From: the human T2T-CHM13v2.0 reference genome, Homo sapiens
NCBI RefSeq assembly: GCF_009914755.1
Contig: NC_060929.1
Strand: one strand, 5' to 3'
DNA: 64,000 nt
The translations under genes and the position numbers were made by a program. A model generated the notes under the pieces. The model saw only the letters and a program-made list of their open reading frames with translations, was not told the DNA's origin and did no database searches. Shown here piece by piece: positions 58,176 to 64,000 of this stretch (position 1 is its first letter; each line of letters begins with the position of its first letter).

Positions 58176-58429
58176 TAATAACACAAAGACTTATTAGCAC
58201 AGCCAATGGTCTTTATCAATATGTTCCATATGTAAGCTCTTTGACATTACTTTGTACCTGTGATCTGCCCAATGAAACTTACATTTTCAGAGGGCAGATG
58301 CTTTATGCTAAAAAAAAAAAAAAATTCTCCATAGTGCCTAAGATCACAGAGAGCACACCTAAGCATTCAAACGTATTTATGGATTCGTTGACTACCAGCA
58401 CATGCTATATTGTTATAATTATTAATTAA

Positions 58430-59200
58430 TACATTCAACAAATATTATTGAACCCCTACTATGTGCTAAGCATTGTTTTAGGTTCCCGGATACATCAGTG
58501 AACAAAATAAAGACCCCTGGAATCTTTGGGAGGGAGAAAGACAGTATATATAACCATAAAAAATGAGTAAAATATATAGTACATTAGAAGATGATAAATA
58601 CTGTGACAACATTAAAGACGAGAAGAGCATGCTCAGGAAGATGGAAAAGTGGGTGCTGAGACAGGAATGGGGGAGCAGGTTGTGATGAAAACAGGATGTC
58701 TAGGAGAGGCCTTACTGAGAAGATGATATTTAAACAAAGACATGAAGAAGTCAAAGGAGGTAGGCAAGCTAATACCTTGTAAAGAGGTTTTACTCCAAAT
58801 GGCAAGAACAGCCAGTGCGATGCCCTAAGGCAGGTGCATGTTCAAGGAATTGCAAGGAGGCCCGTGTGACTGGAGCAGATTAAGGGGCAGAGAAATAGAA
58901 GATGAGGTCTTGGAAGCAAGGGGAAGGACCTGTAGCCTTTGTAAGACTTGGGGAGCTGTTTTGAGCAGAGTTTTGAGCAGCGGGGTGACACAATCCGACT
59001 TCTGATTTAGAAGGATCACTTGCTTCTTTGTTGAAGGGTACAAAGCAGGAGGCAGGGAAACTGATTAGGAGGCCTCGTAGCAACCCAGGTGAGAGATGGT
59101 GGTGACTCAGACAGGGCCATGGCAGTAGAGAGGAGTGGTCAAACTCTGGACGTGTTCTGAAGGTTTCTGTAGCTACTTGACAGCCAGGTTTAGCACACAT
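58430..59200 (-). mobile_element. L2a-like remnant
   Basis: cattcaacaaatattattgaacccctactatgtgc...ggccttactgagaagatgatattt...ccaggtgagagatggtggtg. Confidence 0.78.
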
Positions 59201-59929
59201 TTTACCTTTAAATTGGGACATAGAAGAAGAGTAGGAAAGCATCTTCAGGTAAATGTTTTTGTGTGGTAATTGTGACTAGCATACCTCTGGGTACCTTTCA
59301 TTAAATACACTGCAGGCATCTGTTTCTCTAATCTGTTCTATATTTCATGGACAAAACTGTGTTGACACGCCTTTGAGGCAGAAAAGGAATATAGAGGAAA
59401 ACAGTTATCTATTCATTTCAATTTGGGGGATGTATGCAAGTAAGTATAATACTTTCAAAATTCATTTAATTTTGAATGGGCTAATGTCATCTTCCTGGCT
59501 GATCTAGGGGTCCCTAAATTTAAGGGTCTCAACAAACAGTGATTTAAGCATATTCTATTTGAATATTCAAATTTCAAAATTTCTATTTGAAACCCCAAAT
59601 TGGTAGTTTTTGTTTAATCTTATATAACTGGAAAATGGCAATGTGGATAGTATTCTGTTTGATCTGCAACATTTCATTATGACAAAATTAATTTATATAG
59701 TGATTTGATTGAAAATTCAAAAAAGTTAATGACAGTTCCTTGGTATAGTAAAAAAAAGCTGGTTGTTAGATTTGGGCTGTGGGTAAGTGAATGTTTCTTA
59801 TTTTCTTACATTAAAATGCGAATCTGTAACAGAGATCATGACCTATCCCGGTAAATTTTACGTCAAGAGGAAATGTTATGAAAATATTTGCTGTGGAGTG
59901 ATATAAGCCGCACTTGGAGAAAATCTGTC

Positions 59930-60260
59930 TAATTTACAACTATTCCTCGAGGGTCTACAATGTACCAGGCACTGTTCTAGGCAAGGGGATCTATCAGTGA
60001 ACAAAACATTTCTGCGCATGAAATTGACATTCAAGTGAAGGAGGGAAGAAAACATTGACATAATGTCAGTTAATTGTATGTGCTATAAAAATAAGCATGT
60101 AAATAAATGAAGAGTATACATTGAATAGGGTTGTTAAGGAAGGTCTTTGTGAGGATTTGGCATTTAAGGAGAGGCTTGAATGAAGTAGAGCTGTGAGCCA
60201 TGTAAATATATTGTGCAAGAGCATCCCAGACCAGGCAGATAGCCAAGGGCAGAACACGGA
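59930..60260 (-). mobile_element. L2 remnant
   Basis: tgtaccaggcactgttctagg...aggaaggtctttgtgagga. Confidence 0.65.
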
Positions 60261-60694
60261 GGTGGGGACTTTACAGCTGTTAGTATAAATCCCCAGGTCT
60301 GTTTGCCACTGTGCTTAGAATAATAGCTGTGCTCTTGGATGTTCCCTGCAGAGTGCAAGTGGCTGTGGACAGGTTGGTGTGACTGGTGTCTCTACCTCCA
60401 AGCAGGTGCTCTGGGACTCAAAAATATTGGGTCCTCTGTGACTACCCCTTATCTACTCAGCCATCAATTCCTGATGGTGCCTTTCATATGTCTTCGTATT
60501 CACTTGTTCACAGGCTTTGTATTCAGAGGCTCACAATCATCATCTTCCTATGTGCTTGACAATTCCTACCTAATTTGCTACACAGGGATTGTTGGAAGGT
60601 CATTCTGTTTTCCTAGTTCATCTGGTTTCCTGTTTGTCTTCTGAAGCCACAAAGAACAAATCTGTGCTTTTTTCCTTCCTTTTTGCATGTCAGT

Positions 60695-61067
60695 TGCAAT
60701 GCTTTGAATGTGTCTCCCAAAGTTTATCTGATGAAAACTTAATCCCAGTACAACAGTGTTGAGATGTGGGACCTTTAAGAGGTGTTCAGGTTATAAGGGC
60801 TCTGCCCTAATGATTAGACTAATGCCATTATTTTGGGAGTGGGTTCATTTTCACGAGAGTGAGTTTGTTATAAAAGTGAGTTTGGCCCCCCTTGTGCTTT
60901 TTAATCCTCTTGCTATCCACCATGGAATGCTGCAGCAAGAAGGTCCTCACTAGATGGCAGCACTTTGATATTGGACTACCCAGCCTCCAGAACTGTAAGA
61001 AACAAATCTCTGTTCTTTGTAAATTATCGAGGTATTCTATTATAGCAGCATAAAATGGACTAAGATG
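60695..61067 (+). mobile_element. MST (MSTC/D-like) MaLR solo LTR
   Basis: TGCAATGCTTTGAATGTGTC start; ends aaatggactaagatg; flanks TCAGT / GCAGT. Confidence 0.83.
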
Positions 61068-61069
61068 GC

Positions 61070-61360
61070 AGTCTTCAAATATTTGCAGACAGCCATTGTA
61101 TAATTCCTTTCAGCATTTTCTTTTCCAGACTGAATCTCCTGGTTCCATTGATAGTTTGTCTATGAGATGTTTCTAACTCTCTGACTTCTTTGTTGCCCAT
61201 TTTTTGGCATATTTTTGAGTTTGTCAAAATTTCTTAAAAATTTTATGCTTAGTATTTACAGCATATATTATGTTCCAGATATGCTCTAACCCATTAGTCT
61301 CAAGGATGAAAGGACTAAATACTCCCTTGATCTGAACGTTGTGTTTCCTTAATCTGAACA
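61070..61360 (-). mobile_element. L3/CR1 remnant
   Basis: cttcaaatatttgcagacagccat...ttttccagactgaa...ttccagatatg resembles reverse CR1. Confidence 0.5.
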
Positions 61361-62820
61361 CTATACTTTGATTCAAAAATTACATCATTTTGTTCTGCAA
61401 ATGTATCTTATAATTAATTCATATGTATCATATAAACATGAGGCTCAACCTTGCTCAAAAGTGAGACTGATATAAATTAAATTCAGACTGTACCATCTGT
61501 GTGTCTTTAGGCAAATTATATTTAACCTCTTAGAGTCAAATTTTCTTAATTATAAAATTGTACACATAATCTAATTTATTTCTCACTTGTAATAATCAAG
61601 ATTATTCATAAAAGGTAGACTTCTAGAAAGCATTTAGTGATGTTATGTCTTTTTTACTTACACCATTATCCATTCTGCAGGGTAAACTTTCCTGTCAGTT
61701 AGTGTATGAAAAGAAGGAAGCTAAAAGTCATCCCACCCTGTCAGGTTATGAATGTATTGCCCTGTGACCCCTGGAGAAGACTGACCTGGCACATAATAGG
61801 ACCTCAATAAATACATATTTGTTGAATGGCTTTATAAAGTCTTATTTCAGGTAGAAAGGGTAAATTGCTTGTGGATTGGCTGCTGATAAATGGGCGTGGT
61901 CTCCTAGTTTGCCTATTTGTAGAGCTAGCTTTGTCTGCTTATGTTTGTCACAATTATAAAGAGTTGGCAAGATGATATAATGAATGCCATTAGTAAATTA
62001 TACAGAAAAGAGTTGCTGTTTGCAGAGCTGTTAATTTAGTCTGACCACTGGAGAGCCATTTAGTGCTTTGGAATAGATAATTTGTTAAATGACACATAAG
62101 GAAGTTGAAAAAAATTAATGCTCGTCTCCAAAGAGCAATTTACTCCTTTTTTTCGATTCAAGCTAAATATTTGTTCAGAGCTTTGACTTCCTTATAAGAG
62201 AGAAACTATAAAATGACAATACAATAATCTTTTTATTTTCTTATTTAGAACAATGAAACCTGAGGAAGAAACTTAATATTGAGAATGAATACTGGCACAC
62301 CTAGAGGAATTTCTACAAAGAATATAAGATTACCAAACTGAACATAAGAAACCATAAATGACATGTACACTGTTGGAAATATATCTAAATTTGCATAGAA
62401 CTTTGTCAGATAAATCACAGCTAAACCTGTTGAATTTTTTATAATCAAGAGTAATAAGTGTGGCTATCAATGTGCATTTTAATCCAAGTTTCTTAGAAGT
62501 CTGTAATTGTTCCAGGTTGGTGAGATACAGTTTCTAACACAAAGTACAGAATTTCTCTCATCAGAGTAAGAGATTCTTGTGCCTGTGTGTCTGTTCTCTC
62601 CTACCTGAGTATATAATGTCTCTGCTGGATTACCCAAGACCGTTCTGTTCACAAAGAGCCTGAAGTGGAAGAATCTGTGGGTATTTACATGTTCTCAAAC
62701 CTGTCTGGATTGTTGTAACTACAAGGGAAAGTATTAGGCCAATTCAAATGCTAACTTTGCAAAAGCACTCAACCAAAAACAATTCAGCATCACTGTCTTA
62801 AAAGAATTTGGGCAAACTAA

Positions 62821-63136
<316 letters not shown>

Positions 63137-64000
63137 TGTAAACTTTAAATTAATACAATATAAAGCCTACATAACTCCCTGGGAATGTCAAACTTGTGGG
63201 ACTCACAGTGGATATACATGAAAGGCCATATCCTGAGATCCAAAGGAAAAGCTGATTTAAATGACAAGATATGTTATATTTACCAATGCATATATTTAAT
63301 GAATCAAGCACACAGTCCTCATCTATTCAGCAATTTCAGCAATTTCAGTGCTTTTCCTGCTTGCCTTGAAAATTTCATCTAGGAGTTCACAAAGGAATAC
63401 TCTTTGAAGCTTCATCATCAAAAGGATTTTTCCCCAGGGAAGTCCAGTTTTTAGTTGTCTTTTATTGTCATCAATCCTTAGTCTAGGTCTGTCCTCTGGT
63501 GATGGGTTGTGTTTACAGCAACAGTGTTCCTGGACCCAGAGATCCTCAGGCAACATTATAGTGACCATTTATTCTGACCCCCTAAATGGAAATGAGGTCT
63601 AATGAATGAGGCTTATAATGTTATTTGGTTTTCCTGGAATAAAATAACCTGGAAACAGTGGTTGGAAATCACTGGCTTGGAGAAGCCAAGAGTGCTTGCT
63701 GTCTTCAACAGTTCAGTATGTGCTGCTAATTACATCAATATACACCAGTGAGCACCTGACCAATCTCTTTGCACGGAAACCTTTGTCAATCTTGTGCTCC
63801 CTTTCTTCTGTAGTTCCTGGTCCAGGCTGCATGGATAATGAGGGAGTAGGAAAGAGCTAACACAGTTCACCTTGGCTTCATCCAAAAGCCAATTCTTGTC
63901 TTCCCAGCTACATCCCTCTGACAGTTCCAACTCCTTTATCGTCTGCATTTTAGCATCCCTTTCATGAAGAGCTATTTGAAAATCAACCAAAAATTACATA

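Overview
Non-coding, repeat-dense primate (almost certainly human) genomic DNA, not prokaryotic. No spliced host-gene exons, RNA genes or CRISPR arrays are recognisable. The only gene-derived sequence is a ~2-kb minus-strand processed retrocopy of ISCA1 (45051-47026; probably ISCA1P1, from recollection). It has a perfect 14-bp TSD and an uninterrupted ORF whose stop codon is now CGA, adding 34 residues. The rest is transposon fossil record: a full-length dead L1PA4/5-like LINE-1 (22117-28201), truncated L1s, about 15 Alus, MaLR/ERV solo LTRs, hAT and Tigger elements, L2/MIR/CR1, and a 35-bp minisatellite. The most unusual structure is a 102-bp insert inside an AluY (10429-10530) built from pieces of nearby DNA; its main donor (8278-8350) is almost exactly the spacer between a close inverted Alu pair. 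I found no evidence for a new multi-gene system. Subfamily names are by-eye comparisons with remembered consensus sequences, and boundaries of old repeats are approximate.
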